From the NCBI RefSeq assembly GCF_018350175.1, contig NC_058368.1, forward strand, positions 20,772,001-20,836,000: a DNA stretch of 64,000 bases, given 5' to 3'. The stretch's first letter is position 1. Each line of letters opens with the position of its first letter. Of the stretch, positions 36,830 to 49,230 are shown piece after piece. The DNA is from Felis catus. Taxonomy: Eukaryota. A program made the translations under genes and the position numbers. Below the pieces are notes generated by a model, which saw only the letters and a list, made by a program, of their open reading frames with translations, was not told where the DNA came from and did not search any database.

Positions 36830-37295
36830 GAAATTGTGGGCCTATGTTTTTACCTCGTCCTTTAACCATATCGTTGCCACATAACTCTGAAGCTCCCTCC
36901 TACTGTGGATAAGGGTAGTCTCCATTTCCTGAGACTAGGCTAAACCACGTGGATACCTTTATCTCATGGCATTTAGCAGATGCGACACAAAGACTTGAAA
37001 TGAACTTGTACCTTGGGGCTTGTTTTCTGGCACCTTTGCCATTTTCTTGAGACTATGTCTGCTAGAGAACAAGAGGCGTGTGAGGCAAAACCAGACTGCC
37101 CCGGTCATCTCAGCCGAGGACAGCCAAGATAGACAACTGACCCCCAGATATGTGAACATGCACAGTCAAGATCAACATTACTGTCTAGCCAATCGTCCCA
37201 AATTCAGGAGCTATAAATGCTTATTATTTATTGTAGGCCGTTGAAATTTTGTGTTTGTTATGTGGCATCACTGCGGCAAATAGATAATCGATCCT
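36830..37295 (+). mobile_element. MLT1 (MLT1G/H-like) MaLR LTR
   Basis: CCCCAGATATGTGAAC...; 3' end TGAAATTTTGTGTTTGTTATGTGGCATCACTGCGGCAAATAGATAA. Confidence 0.65.
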
Positions 37296-38849
37296 AATAC
37301 TCTGGCTCTTTAAACTCTAATTTACAAACACTGTGACACAATAACTTACTAGAGTTGGGACATTCTTTGACCAAATATAGCTAATTTCGTGGGTTAATCA
37401 TATCTCTTGATTTTTTCCTTCATTCTCCATACTCAGTATTCAAGTAAGAAAATTATCATAAGAGAAACCCTGCTAAGTCTTGACCCCCACTTTCAATCTC
37501 AGAATCAAGTAAAACTATAAAACTATGGAGAACTCCACTTCACTTCATTTTTATTTTTAATCACAAAAAGGTTATATTTTCTTAACCCTTTGGGTAAATG
37601 ATTGAGCGTCCTGACTGTGTTATGGGGATGGGTCTAAAGGAAAAGGTCAAAAGAAAGACAAGTAACCAAAAATGATTAATCAACTTTTTTTTTTTTGATC
37701 AAAGTTCTTAGAACTATTTGCTGAATTGCGTTTTTTTCTTTAATAGCTATCCTTTGAGGTAGGAAAGCCACAGCATAAAGATAAGAATCATAACATTTAA
37801 GACATGTTTATGAAGTTTAAACCACTAACTTGGCTGCAGTTGAAATGCATTCAGCTCCTCCCTGCTGTGCTCAGAGCCGTCCCCAAGGCTGGGCTGGCAA
37901 AGGGTCCTGCTACTGCTGCCCCTTCCCCAGCTGGCACTGCGGGCTATGAGACAAATCTAGACATTTAACCCACATTAAAGTGCATTTGGAAGTATTAGGA
38001 TTTGTGTTTCTCAGGGCTTTGACATCAGACACATTTCTAATCAGTGGGGTATGTTTAGATCAGAGGCCCTTAACAACAGGATGATTTTTACACAGCTTAA
38101 ATTCCAGAGTCTCCTAATGGAGCCAAAGAGAAGACAGATGCCCCACAGACATGCTTCAGTCAAGAGCAATACCCATGGAAGAAGGGCCTCTGGGGCCCAG
38201 AACCCTACTACAGCCTGTCCATCTTCAGGAAAGCTCAAGGTGCCCTGGAGCCCGTGAGACTTTGGCTCTTGGCACTTGACTCATTTGGTTTATTTTGCTC
38301 ACTCAGTCTCCCGATGACTTTGTCACTTACCTATATATTACATTGCCTTCTTGATGGATGGAAATAGACTTTGGAGAAACCAAATTTGGTTTAGCTTAAA
38401 TTCTTAGGGGAAAAATAGAAAGCACACGTCTCTGAAGTCAGTCTGGGGCTATGCACATAATTTAAAGGGGGTGGTCAAAAAAGTCAGGTCTTATGAAATA
38501 TTCTGAAAAGCAAGGCAGGCCTAAGAAGATAGTGTCTACAAGTGTGTTTACATGAAATGAATAAGTCAAAGCACTTTCAATAAAAGCGACAGGAGAGAGA
38601 TGATGTGATGGAGTCACATACCCTTGGGTTCAAATCTCTCCTTTACCCCTTTTACCAGTTGTGGGATGGAGTCTCAGTTTCCTCTCTTCTAAAATGGCGA
38701 CAATAAAAGAACTTACTTCAACACATTGTCATAAAGCTTAAAAGAAATCATATAGAGAGAGGGACTGATACTGTCTTCAACTGGATACGTACTCAATAAA
38801 GAGTAGTTAGTATCGTTACTATCATTGCCATTATTTCTAGAGAAAGTGC

Positions 38850-39570
38850 TTTGATGTGATGCTATGTCAAAAACAACCAGAATACAAAGTTTTATCTGCA
38901 GTATAATTACAAGTATGCTAAAAAGAATAATAGGGAAAGGTTGGAAATACATTGAAAGTTCTTGTGTGAGTTAGGACAACGGGATTATTGGTAACTTCCC
39001 TTCTTTTCTGTTATACACATTTTCTGCTTTAGTATTAAACTATGTTTATAATTAAAACGCCTGAAAATTATTTCACTTATGAATGATATCACTTATACAG
39101 TATTCTTAGATGGTATTCTTACTAAAAGTTTAACCTGAGTCCAGTCATGAAGAAACAATCATACTAAGCAAGACCGTGGGATATCCTGGAAGACAATCTC
39201 CCTGACCTCTTCAGAAAGATAAATGTCATTTTAAAAAAAAGCAAAGGCAAGAGAACTGAGAACTGTACTATAGTAAAAGAGACCCAAATGATATAACAAC
39301 AAAATACAATGTGTGAATCTTGATTGGATCCTGGATCAGTATGTCAATTTTGGGAAAAAGGGGAAACTTAAATAAGGCCTGTATAGTATACAATATATGG
39401 CAACGTTTCTTGGTTATGATGAAGAAAGGGTCATTATGTAGCAGAATGGCTTTATTCCTCAGAAGTGTCTGCTAAAGTATTTATGAGTGATATGTTATGA
39501 CTATGGCTATATATCTATATATCTGTATATCTGTCTCTCAAGAGAAATAAAGCAAATACAAATAAATAAG
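38850..39570 (+). mobile_element. Old L1M (L1MC/L1ME) 3' fragments
   Basis: AAATACAATGTGTGAATCTTGATTGGATCCTGGA and TTTAACCTGAGTC...ATGAAGAAACAATCA resemble L1MC4/L1ME 3' regions. Confidence 0.55.
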
Positions 39571-41701
39571 TCATATTTCAAAGCTGCAAGGAAACTCAGA
39601 GGTTTAGTTGAAATGCCATGCAGAGAAATCAAGTGAGTTACAGGTTGAAGTGGACAAGATTAAACCCACAGAGAAGCAAGACAGCCTTAGTATGGTTGGT
39701 CAAGTTACATTTTTTTTCCCCAAATATTAGGTCTTCTGAAGGGATAGAAAATTCTACTACTAGAGTCCCCAGGATTTCCAGGTACTGAAATCTCCTGTCC
39801 CTGAGAGAAACAGGATGAGATTTTAAAAGTTATATTTTTGGATTTATAAAATATTATCGACAGCCTAAAAATGTTAAGTTTTTAAAGTGATTTCACATCT
39901 GTTAAGGGCTTTGGGTCTCACAAGAAGCCAACTGGAAATGGCTGTATAGACTTATGACAGACTTTCGCTGTGATTTATTTTACATAAGCTTATTTCTTCC
40001 TTCTATACACAATTCCCAGAGGGCTGAAACCATGTCATTCAAACATATACATACACATATGTACTTCTAGATTTTATTCCCTGATTCCCCGAAGCGCCCA
40101 GCACCCGGTTTTGACTTTGGTCGTTCTCACTATTGCCTATCTTATTCAACAGATAATGCAAGGATGCAGAGATAAAGTCCCCGCCCTAAGGCATGTACAG
40201 TCTCTTGATAGACCAACACGTAAGCGAACAATTAGTATGTTGCAGTTTGTAGTATGTTAGACTAATACGTCGTGATGCAGACCAGCACAGAGCGCTATAG
40301 GAGAAGAGAACAGACGTGTCTCCTTCTAGGTTAGGGGTGAGGGAGGCCCAAAGGGCAACAGAGTGAGAAGGTGGGCTCTTCCCAAGGGTTACTGAAAAAT
40401 GGCTGCCATTCCTGAGTTAGGAGACACGGGTGAAGTGTCCTTTCCTCATTACCTTCGGGTCCCAATGAAGAGAATGGTGTGCAGAGGAACAACCACCAGA
40501 CTGTGAGTCCCTTTGATTTTCTTTTTAGCCCCCAAGGTCATTTGTGCAGCCTGGAAGGAAATGCCAATATGCGTGTCCCTGAGTGATAGTTAATGTTATG
40601 GAAGGGCCAACAAGACAGGAAATTTCTTGGGCTACAAGAAGAGAAGGATTGGGGAGGTTTCCTCTCCACCCGCCCACTCACTCGCTCCCAACAGCTGGCC
40701 CAGGGTAAAAAACTGGAATCAAACTGCTCAAATATCCCTCCAGTTATACCCAGCCTCACAGCATGCCACACCAGGGGGATGTCTGAAGAATTTCAGAGGA
40801 TCAGTGTGGGCACTCCAAACAATTCAGTGATTTTATCATTTTAAAGTAAAGTGCTCGTTTTGAATATGTTTATTATGAATTGTTTATAGACCTTTTCCAG
40901 CAATTGTCCTTCAGTGGCTCTCAGAACTGAGAACATCGTAAACACTCCAGCACGTCCCTAATGTTTGTATCTGTCCACTCCAGACTTCAGTGAAAGGAAT
41001 ATTGCTGACCCAGGGCTTTGTCCAGAGCCTTTACCAGAATTTTAATCATTTTAAGCTCACACAGACTGAAAGAGCCACTTGGCGGAATTCTGATGTTTGA
41101 ACCTTGTGAACAAAAGTAGGGATGTACAGGGTCTAAGTATCGTTTTGTCATAGGTATTCACAACGAGAATGAAAGCCAAAACAATTTCTTGCAATTTACA
41201 TTTGCTCACATATTTTATAATTGCCAAAACTGACCTCTGTGCAGACACTGAGGTACTGTTTCCGGGGTCAGATGAAAGCAAACACAAAAGAGCCTGTCCT
41301 GTGTGTGTTGAGGGAATGAGAACATACCATGTGCTTTGCAGCGAGAGAGGGTCTACCCTCCCAACTCTGGTCTGTACATTGGTGGTGCCTTCCAGCTGAG
41401 GAAGGACATGGTAGAGGATAAATTTAGGATGCGCTGAAGCAAAGCAAAATTAAATACTTAGCCTTGTCCTTCAGAACCGCAAAATGCAAAGACAGGAAAT
41501 ATGTGACAAATCTCTCAAGTCAATGGCAAAATCTTGAGTCACTCTTTAAAATAGCATTTTGGTAAATAACAAACGCTTGTGTGGGAGTGGGCCAATGAGG
41601 AAAATAATTAAAAATCATTTTGGGGACAGGGTTGGTGAATAAAATTATTAACACTAGCACTAGCAGAGGGCATATTCTAGGCTGGAAATAATTAGATGAG
41701 G

Positions 41702-41761
41702 TGTGTGTGTATGTATGTATGTATGTATGTATGTATGTATGTATGTATATGAGAGAGAGAA

Positions 41762-41807
<46 letters not shown>
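41702..41807. repeat. Compound microsatellite (TG)n-(TATG)n-(GA)n
   Basis: Read directly. Confidence 0.9.
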
Positions 41808-41810
<3 letters not shown>

Positions 41811-42055
41811 CCATGAAAGCATGATGAGATGGAGGGGGAGTGAGCCTACTACACAATCCTATGACCCTATCATCTTGGCTGTAAATTCAATGCTAAAAAG
41901 AGGAGTGCCAAAGATTTGATTAATGATAGTATCATTGACACAGATCTTAATTCTCCAAAAGACTATTTAAAGAGGATAATACCAGTTAGATGTGTAGGTT
42001 TTGGATGTTTACTTAAATACTGACTCTTCATATGTCTATTACAGATGCGTGGAAA

Positions 42056-42090
42056 TACACTTGATCTTAGCCAAAAGGCCGAGAAGCGAT
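42056..42090 (-). pseudogene. RNU2: U2 snRNA 5'-fragment retropseudogene (nt 1-35, tailless)
   Basis: Reverse complement reads ATCGCTTCTCGGCCTTTTGGCTAAGATCAAGTGTA, the U2 5' end; flanked by perfect direct repeat CAGATGCGTGGAAATA (42042-42057, 42091-42106). Confidence 0.96.
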
Positions 42091-42480
42091 CAGATGCGTG
42101 GAAATAAACAAAGATGACCCAAATGGAAACCCACAAGCTATTTGTTCAGCTTGTTGTAGCACAGGAGTCATCATTTGTGTTTGGCAGAAACGCCTAGGCA
42201 GGCAGAGGAGTAGGGATGCTTCAGAGTGAAAAAAGAGAAGTTTTCAGGTATGCTCCAGAGGTTGTTGGGGAACCTGGAAGTGATGCATCTTATGTGGTTG
42301 ATTTGGGGAGCATGTTCGGGGAGCCTATTGGTCCTGAGTTGTAGGATAAAAAAATAGGGAAGCTTGAAAGCATTGACCAGGTCCTGACCATCCTGGGCCG
42401 ACTGCTGCAGAGCTCATGAGTCAGAGCTCTGTCTACATGTATGGGTTGGCCATTGTCCATCTACATATTCCTCTACGTTG
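42091..42480 (-). mobile_element. Probable ERV LTR fossil adjoining or hosting the U2 fragment
   Basis: GGAAATAAACAAAGA...GCTATTTGTTCAG...TTGGCAGA...GGCAGGCAGAGGAGT resembles a laurasiatherian LTR from memory; family not assigned. Confidence 0.45.
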
Positions 42481-42954
42481 GGGCAGGTCTCCAAAATTGG
42501 TGCTGGGTGCCTGGCAATGTCCAATTCCTTTAGTTCCTTTCATCATTCACCCATTTGTGCTTGAGGCAATAGGTACCACATTAAAAGCCCCTGGAAGACA
42601 CAACTTGGTCCAAGAAGTTTCTTCAAGTCTCAGCTTGACCCTCCATTCCGACTGTACTTCATGCTTTGACTTCATGGCTCCACATTTGGGGCTGATCCTC
42701 TTGGACTGCCTTATTGAGGTTGGAAACCTCACCTCCTAATTCTGGGCTTTGATTCTGACAGTGGAATCTCAGAGGAAACACTTCCACCCGACTTCTAACT
42801 ATGTTAGCCCTCCAGGACCTCACCAACTGGACTTTCCAAGCCATCCCTCCATCCAGGAGGAGTATGAGATAGGGCTATTTTATAAGGCTAAATGGAAGCC
42901 CTGCCATCTCAACTATTACTTAAGATACGATGTATGTTTAAAATTCAACCTCTA

Positions 42955-43164
42955 GGTGGCTTAGTCAGTTAAGCGTCCAACTTCTGCTCAGGTCATGATC
43001 TCAGTCAGTGGGTTTGAGCCCCCCATTGGCCTCTGTGCGGACAGCTCAGAGCCTGGAGCCCGCTTCGGATTCTGTGTCTCCCTCTCTCTCTGCCCCTCCT
43101 CGGCTTGTGCTCTGTCTCTGCCTCAAAAAATAAATAAATAAACAAACACTAAAAAATTAAAAAA
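42955..43164 (+). mobile_element. Feline Can-SINE, slightly 5'-truncated
   Basis: Starts GGTGGCTTAGTCAGTTAAG; TSD aaattcaacctcta / aaaatcaacttcta. Confidence 0.93.
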
Positions 43165-44558
43165 AAAATCAACTTCTAAAGTATGGAGTCTGTGGAGATA
43201 AAAACTGGAAACTAACTCTCTGAGAGCAAAAGAAAAAAAATGAGCTAGGGGCTGGGAATCTATTGGGACCACCACAGAATTGTCCTCTGGTTGTGACATA
43301 ATTAGAAACACCAAATCCAGCCTTGTTCCATTTTCTGTAACAACAGAAAACTTGCATCCATAAAGTAATTGTGTTCTTCTTTAAGTTCTATATAAACTTC
43401 CTAATCAAAAGTCAGGCTGCCAAACCAAGGAGGAAGGATTCCAAAGCTGGCCTGAGGAAGAAGGAATGTGGTTTGTAAGGCCCTTCCCTCTCTCCGCTGT
43501 GCTCTTGGATGTTATATTGCTTTCCCGTGAAGTTTCATATTGGTTTTTTAAATGGTATCGCTTATAAGCAAGTCCCCATGCAGTCTAGTGCCCAGCTACT
43601 CTCAAGACTTGTTGACATCTTATTTCCCATGATAAACTCTCCACTGAGGATGGAAGAGTATTTTCGCTTTGCCTTAAAAAAATATAAACAGAACAAAGGA
43701 GAAGAAAAGAAAGGCTGGCTTGGAGGGCCCTCCTTGCAGATTGCTTAATCATTCGGATGCATAGAGCCCCAGTTCCTCACTTCCTTGGGAGTCACTTTAC
43801 AACTGAATTCTGTCTTCTTCCCCTTTGCAGAAATCTAGGTGCTGGAAGGTTTCACAACCGATAGTGACGGTAAGCCATTCCCCAGGCTCGCCTCGTGCCA
43901 GATTAGAAGAGAGGATGGGTAGACAGGTGAGGCTTGGGAAGCTCTCCTCAGCAGTGCATTCTGCACAGCCAGGACTATGGATCCACCCTATGATGAAAGT
44001 GACAAGGAACAGTAGGGAGGAGAAGAGATCCTTGCCTTTTGTTCCTTTTTAAAACATAAATAGAATCTGAATTGAATTGTCTAGGAGTGAAAGGAGAAGT
44101 AAAAGTAAAAATAGGCTTCATGGAGGAAAATAGAGCTCTGTACAAAGCTGTTTTCATTAGCGAGTATGACTCACTTATAAGTCTGCTGGTAAGGTTAAAG
44201 ATGGCAGGCTTCTACCCACACCAGTGAGAGAACATTCTGGGCTCCGAGCCCTGTGTCACAGGCCCTGTCCTGAAGAAGCCACGGGGCCCTGGGTTTGGGG
44301 CTCCAGTGTGAGTGGAGTTGTTGATGCAAGAACACTCATCTTGCCCTGTGTTCCTCTCCCCTTCTGAGGCTCCTGACTTGGCAAATAAAGGGAGTGAGGT
44401 AATTTGTTTTTAAAAAATATTTCCACCTATATGACTAGCAAGAAATCTGTGGGTTGATATTTTAGCACCACTCAGCCATCTCCTTCCCCATCTATCTCTC
44501 ATCCCATGGTTTTAATATCCATTGATGATCCGGACTGGAATCAGTTATGGTGATTCTT

Positions 44559-44782
44559 GGGGCGCCTGGGTGGCTCGGTCGTTGGGCGGCCGACTTCATC
44601 TCAGGTTATGATTTCGTGGTCTGTGGGTTCAAGCCCCGTGTCGGGCTCTGGCTGACACCTCAGAGCCTGGAGCCTGCTTCCGCTTCTGTGTCTCCCTCTC
44701 TCTCTGCCCCTCCCCTGCTTGCTCTCTCTCTCTCTCTCTCTAATAATAAACATTTTTTAAAAGATTAAAAAATAAAAAAAGA
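44559..44782 (+). mobile_element. Feline Can-SINE
   Basis: TSD ATGGTGATTCTT at 44547-44558 and 44783-44794. Confidence 0.95.
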
Positions 44783-45017
44783 ATGGTGATTCTTTAACCC
44801 TATCATTCCTTTGATGTTAATTATATGGTTTTCTTCTGTTAAAAAAATCCTTTTTCGAATTTATTTTTAACATGTGTTCTCTTTGTGATGAACAAGTTAC
44901 CTGTGGGCTGATTTTTTGACATTTGCCACAGCCAGTGGAATAAAATTTTTAACATGCTACACATTTAAGTCAGTCTCTCCCCCTACTTCTTCTACCCTTT
45001 TTAAAACCAAAGGCACA

Positions 45018-45243
45018 GGGGCGCCTGGGTGGTGCAGTCGGTTAAGCGTCCGACTTCAGCCAGGTCACGATCTCGCGGTCCGTGAGTTCGAGCCCCGCAT
45101 CAGGCTCTGGGCTGATGGCTCAGAGCCTGGAGCCTGTTTCCGATTCTGTGTCTCCCTCTCTCTCCACCCCTGTCCCGTTCATGCTCTGTCTCTCTCTGTC
45201 CCAAAAATAAATAAACGTTGAAAAAAATTTTTAAATAAATAAA
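45018..45243 (+). mobile_element. Young feline Can-SINE (SINEC_Fc-like)
   Basis: Perfect 16-bp TSD TAAAACCAAAGGCACA at 45002-45017 and 45244-45259. Confidence 0.97.
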
Positions 45244-45289
45244 TAAAACCAAAGGCACAGTGCCAGATGCTTTAATGGTGTTATAATTT

Positions 45290-45880
45290 AATGTTCATTC
45301 ATCTAATAGATATTTAGTGTCTACTATGTGCCAGATACTGTTCCAGGGGCTTGGGATACAGCAGTGAACAAGTAAAAATCCCTACCTCATCAGCTTCATT
45401 CAGGAGGAGAAAGGCAGATAACAAACATAAATGAAGAAAACGTCTATGCCAGGTGCTGGTAGGTGCCATGGAGGAGAATAAAGAAGGAAAGGAAGAGAGG
45501 GGTTGGGGCAGGGAAGGAAGAGAGTTTGCCGTTTTGAATAGGATCAGTAGGATCCCTGAGAGGGTGATATTTGAATAAAGATCGAAGCCACTCCAACATC
45601 TGAGGAAGAGCATCCTAGGCAGAAGGAAGAGCATGTGCAAAGGTCCTGAGGTAGGCAGGAGCCATGTCCTGTTTAAGCAATAACAAGGTGACCAGCAGAA
45701 CTAGAGGGGTACTCAATAGGGAAGGAGGTCAGAGAGGAGGACGGGGCAACGGATCCTGCAGGGTCTTTCTTGTGGGCCACTGTTAAGATTTCAGCTTTTA
45801 CTCAAAGTGACATGGGTAGCCTTTGGAGGGTTTTGAGTATAAGAGAGACATTATGTGACTTACATTTCAACAGGGACTCT
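45290..45880 (-). mobile_element. LINE-2 3' fossil
   Basis: TTCATTCA...CTACTATGTGCCAG...AAGAGCATCCTAGGCAGAAGGAAGAGCATGTGCAAAGGTCCTGAGG. Confidence 0.8.
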
Positions 45881-48519
45881 AGCTGCCAATTATCCCCCAC
45901 ACTCAAAGAGAAGCCTGTTGCCATCCCCTTTTTATACCAGAAGGAATCAAGACTCACAGAGGTTAATAAGTGATGTGCTCCAGGTCACCAACTATTAAGG
46001 AGTAAAGCCATGATTCAATCCAGGCTGTTATCTATCAGTTTATAAAATAAAACAGACCAGCAGACTTTGTTGTCAAGGATGAAGTGGGGTTGGGGGTTAT
46101 CTGTGCTGAGGGAGGGCACAGCTCCCCAGCCCACGGGCCTCTGAAAACTTGTTCCCCGTTCTCTTCTCTGTTGGGCAACAAATGCTAAGATGCTTAGCAC
46201 TGGGCAAAGATACGCTATTAATCTCCTCTTTTCTCATTGAGGCTTCTTATCTTTCCGAAAGATGACATTTCCAAAATCGTAAGTGCAATAAACTTAAGGC
46301 CATAGAGCATGACTCTTGAGAAGACAGTTTCATGAGCTGTAAAAAGTAATCATGGTTTGTCAAGTCAGCAAACCTCTCCCCTTCGGCCTTCTAACCATCA
46401 CTAATTGCCTTTTTTGGGAAGAGTACACTTTTGTCATTTTATTTCTCAAAGCTGCTGATGGGGGAGAACTGTTTCTTTAGCAGAGGACCCTGCATGTCAG
46501 CTCTGACCACTTGGGGCTGATAAGAAAATTTTACTCAACGGTTTCTTCTTGGCCTCTGCTGGGAAGACAGGCTGCTCAACAAAGAATTGTAATAGCAGCT
46601 GGAAGATGCTAAGTTCCATAGAATAATCCAAGCAAAGTACGCTTTGTCCAATAAGCAAATGACAACCTCGGTGAAAATATTACTGTAATCTTTCTGGGGG
46701 GGGGGGTTGCACTGGTCTGTTTGAGAAAAATCAGCTTGCTGGCATAATTAATACAAAAATAAGCGTGTTGCCTTTTTCGATGAGAGGGACGTACAGGCAG
46801 TGTCATTCTTGGCAGCACACCAGAAATGTAACCCTACTTTTTACACTCAAATCACATAAATTTGCATTCGAATAGTACCTGTTACTGAGGCTTGAACCTT
46901 TCGTCTTGGGCTGGAGCAAGAACCCTTTATGAATAAGGGGAAGGGTCATCTTCTGCCACTGAGGTCTAATAAGACAGTGTGGCTCTCAGTCTCCAGCATT
47001 GCCAAAATACCTATTTGGATAAGGACCACGGTCATGTGGCTCATGCCAGTGTGGCTTACTCTGTAGTCAGAACCTAGACAAGGACGTGTGCTCACACAGG
47101 TGATGTCATTTGAGGCTCATCATGAACCTCCTGAGTGGCTATCACCTCCCCTTTCTCACAGACAGGGCAACAGGCTTAGAGAAGTAAGCAACTTCTCTGA
47201 GGACGCACAGCAAAGAAGAGTTCGGATTCCAAACCAGGCCTTCTGAATTACTTCTCAGTAACCTGGGGTATTCGGCACTGTTGGTTGGCAGGGCATCGCT
47301 ACAGCTCTGATTTCACAATTAAACATCCCATCATCTCCTAGGATTCTTCTCAGGTATTTTTTGGTTGTTGAGGATGTCCGAGAACCAGCTGTGCATTTAG
47401 TGGACTGCTCAACTGATTCCTATGCCCGGAATGTTGTCTAGGGCTAAACCTCACCCTGAGGAGACTAGTGAATTGGAAGTATGGGTTAGACCCTAAGTCA
47501 TGTAATAGGTCTCTGTCTCAACGATTTGGTCCATCATCCATCAGTAAAGTTTTTTTTTTTTCTTCTATCAAATTGTTCCTTTTCAACAGAATTGTAATCA
47601 TTTTCTTAAAGCTTTCCACGGGAGAAAAGTGTTCAGTGATCGAAAGAGTTTATTTCCACACTGATAGACACATTTATGCCAAAACCTCCAAATGAAATGG
47701 CTGAAAACATTGTTTTCTACATTACATATGATATTGAAAAGGAAAGGCCATAGTGCACTCACTACAGATCAAACTCAAATGCTAAAGTAAGTATTTTTCA
47801 CATTGTAAGTCTACAAGACACCCAAATTTTTGGAAGAAAAGTGAAAACTTTGATCATTCTGATACCCTGCGCGCAGACGCCAAGAATCTTTATATTGAAA
47901 ACAGCTGCTTGACTGGCCATTCTTCACACATCTTCCAAATGTAGGGTGCAGGGAGAGCTCCATGGCTGCAAACCTTTCACGGAAAGGAAAATGGCAATAA
48001 GTTTCCCCTTCCTTGAATGGGTGTTGTGAGAATTCAGAATGTTTTCAAAGAAAATAGCATAGACGACACAATACCGAAATCAGGTTTACACAGGCTCATT
48101 CGCGAGGGCTATTTTTAAAAGTCAGTAACATTTTAGAATTTTCGAGCAAAGCCGGCCTTCGAGATCATTCAGCTCAGTGCCTTCATTTGATGAATGGGTA
48201 GAGACTCAGAGTAACTAAGTGACTTCCCCGGAGGGTGTGGCTTGAGCTGATGGTATTGGGATAAAGACTGAGTTCTGTAGGCTCCAACATGTTTTCTCCA
48301 CAACACTGCTGCCTTTCTCCCCATACGGCCTTCTTGGGAGTCGTCATGCACTCGTGGCTCCCGGGTATCGGAAAAGTGCTGGGGATGAGAACCTCAGAAA
48401 TAGGAGAATCCTAGAGACTGTATAATCCCATCTCCTTATTTTCAGGGTAAGGAAATGTATAGATCAAGTGTGGACAGCTGGGATCACTACCCAGTGAATT
48501 CAGGATTCTTTGGAGCCAG

Positions 48520-48684
48520 ACTTTCTAAAAGAACTTTCTGCGGTGATGGAAATGTCTAATACAGTAGCTATTAAGCGCTTGAAATGTGGCCAGTGCAACT
48601 GAAGAACTGAGTTTTCCTTTTTAATTCTAATTTAAATCAGCACAGGTCGCTAGTGGCTACCATATTGGAGAGCGCAGCTCTAGA
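48520..48684. mobile_element. MER3-like hAT-Charlie fossil
   Basis: AGAACTTTCTGCGGTGATGGAAATGT...TTGAAATGTGGCCAGTGCAACTGAAGAACTGA...CTAGTGGCTACCATATTGGA. Confidence 0.8.
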
Positions 48685-49015
48685 GGGCTCGTCTAGATGT
48701 ATTCCATTCACTGGGCTTGGTGTACCGCACTTTATCAGGATTTGGTCATGCCCAAACTACCAAAATGTGCCACTTGTTATAGTGCTGCATTATATATGTT
48801 TTCTAAATCTGGGAAAAATCAATGTGAGAAAATGAAGAGAAAAACCATCTGCATTTGTGATTACACAAGTAACACCAGATCCAACATAAACGTCATCACA
48901 AATAGTCATTTTGCTTCTAATAAATCGATCTTCTCTGTAATCTTGGAAAGGAAATAAAAACATGAGAATGTGCAGTAGCTATATATAACTTTCCTGCATC
49001 CTTTTATTTTATTTT

Positions 49016-49230
49016 ATTTTATTTTTTCAACGTTTATTTATTTTTGGGACAGAGAGAGACAGAGCATGAACGGGGGAGGGGCAGAGAGAGAGGGAGACAC
49101 AGAATCGGAAACAGGATCCAGGCTCTGAGCCATCAGCCCAGAGCCCGACGCGGGGCTCGAACTCACGGACCGCGAGATCGTGACCTGGCTGAAGTCGGAC
49201 GCTTAACCGACTGCGCCACCCAGGCGCCCC
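49016..49230 (-). mobile_element. Very young feline Can-SINE (SINEC_Fc-like)
   Basis: CpGs retained throughout; flanked by TTTTATTTTATTTT repeats (TSD merged with the tail). Confidence 0.97.
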
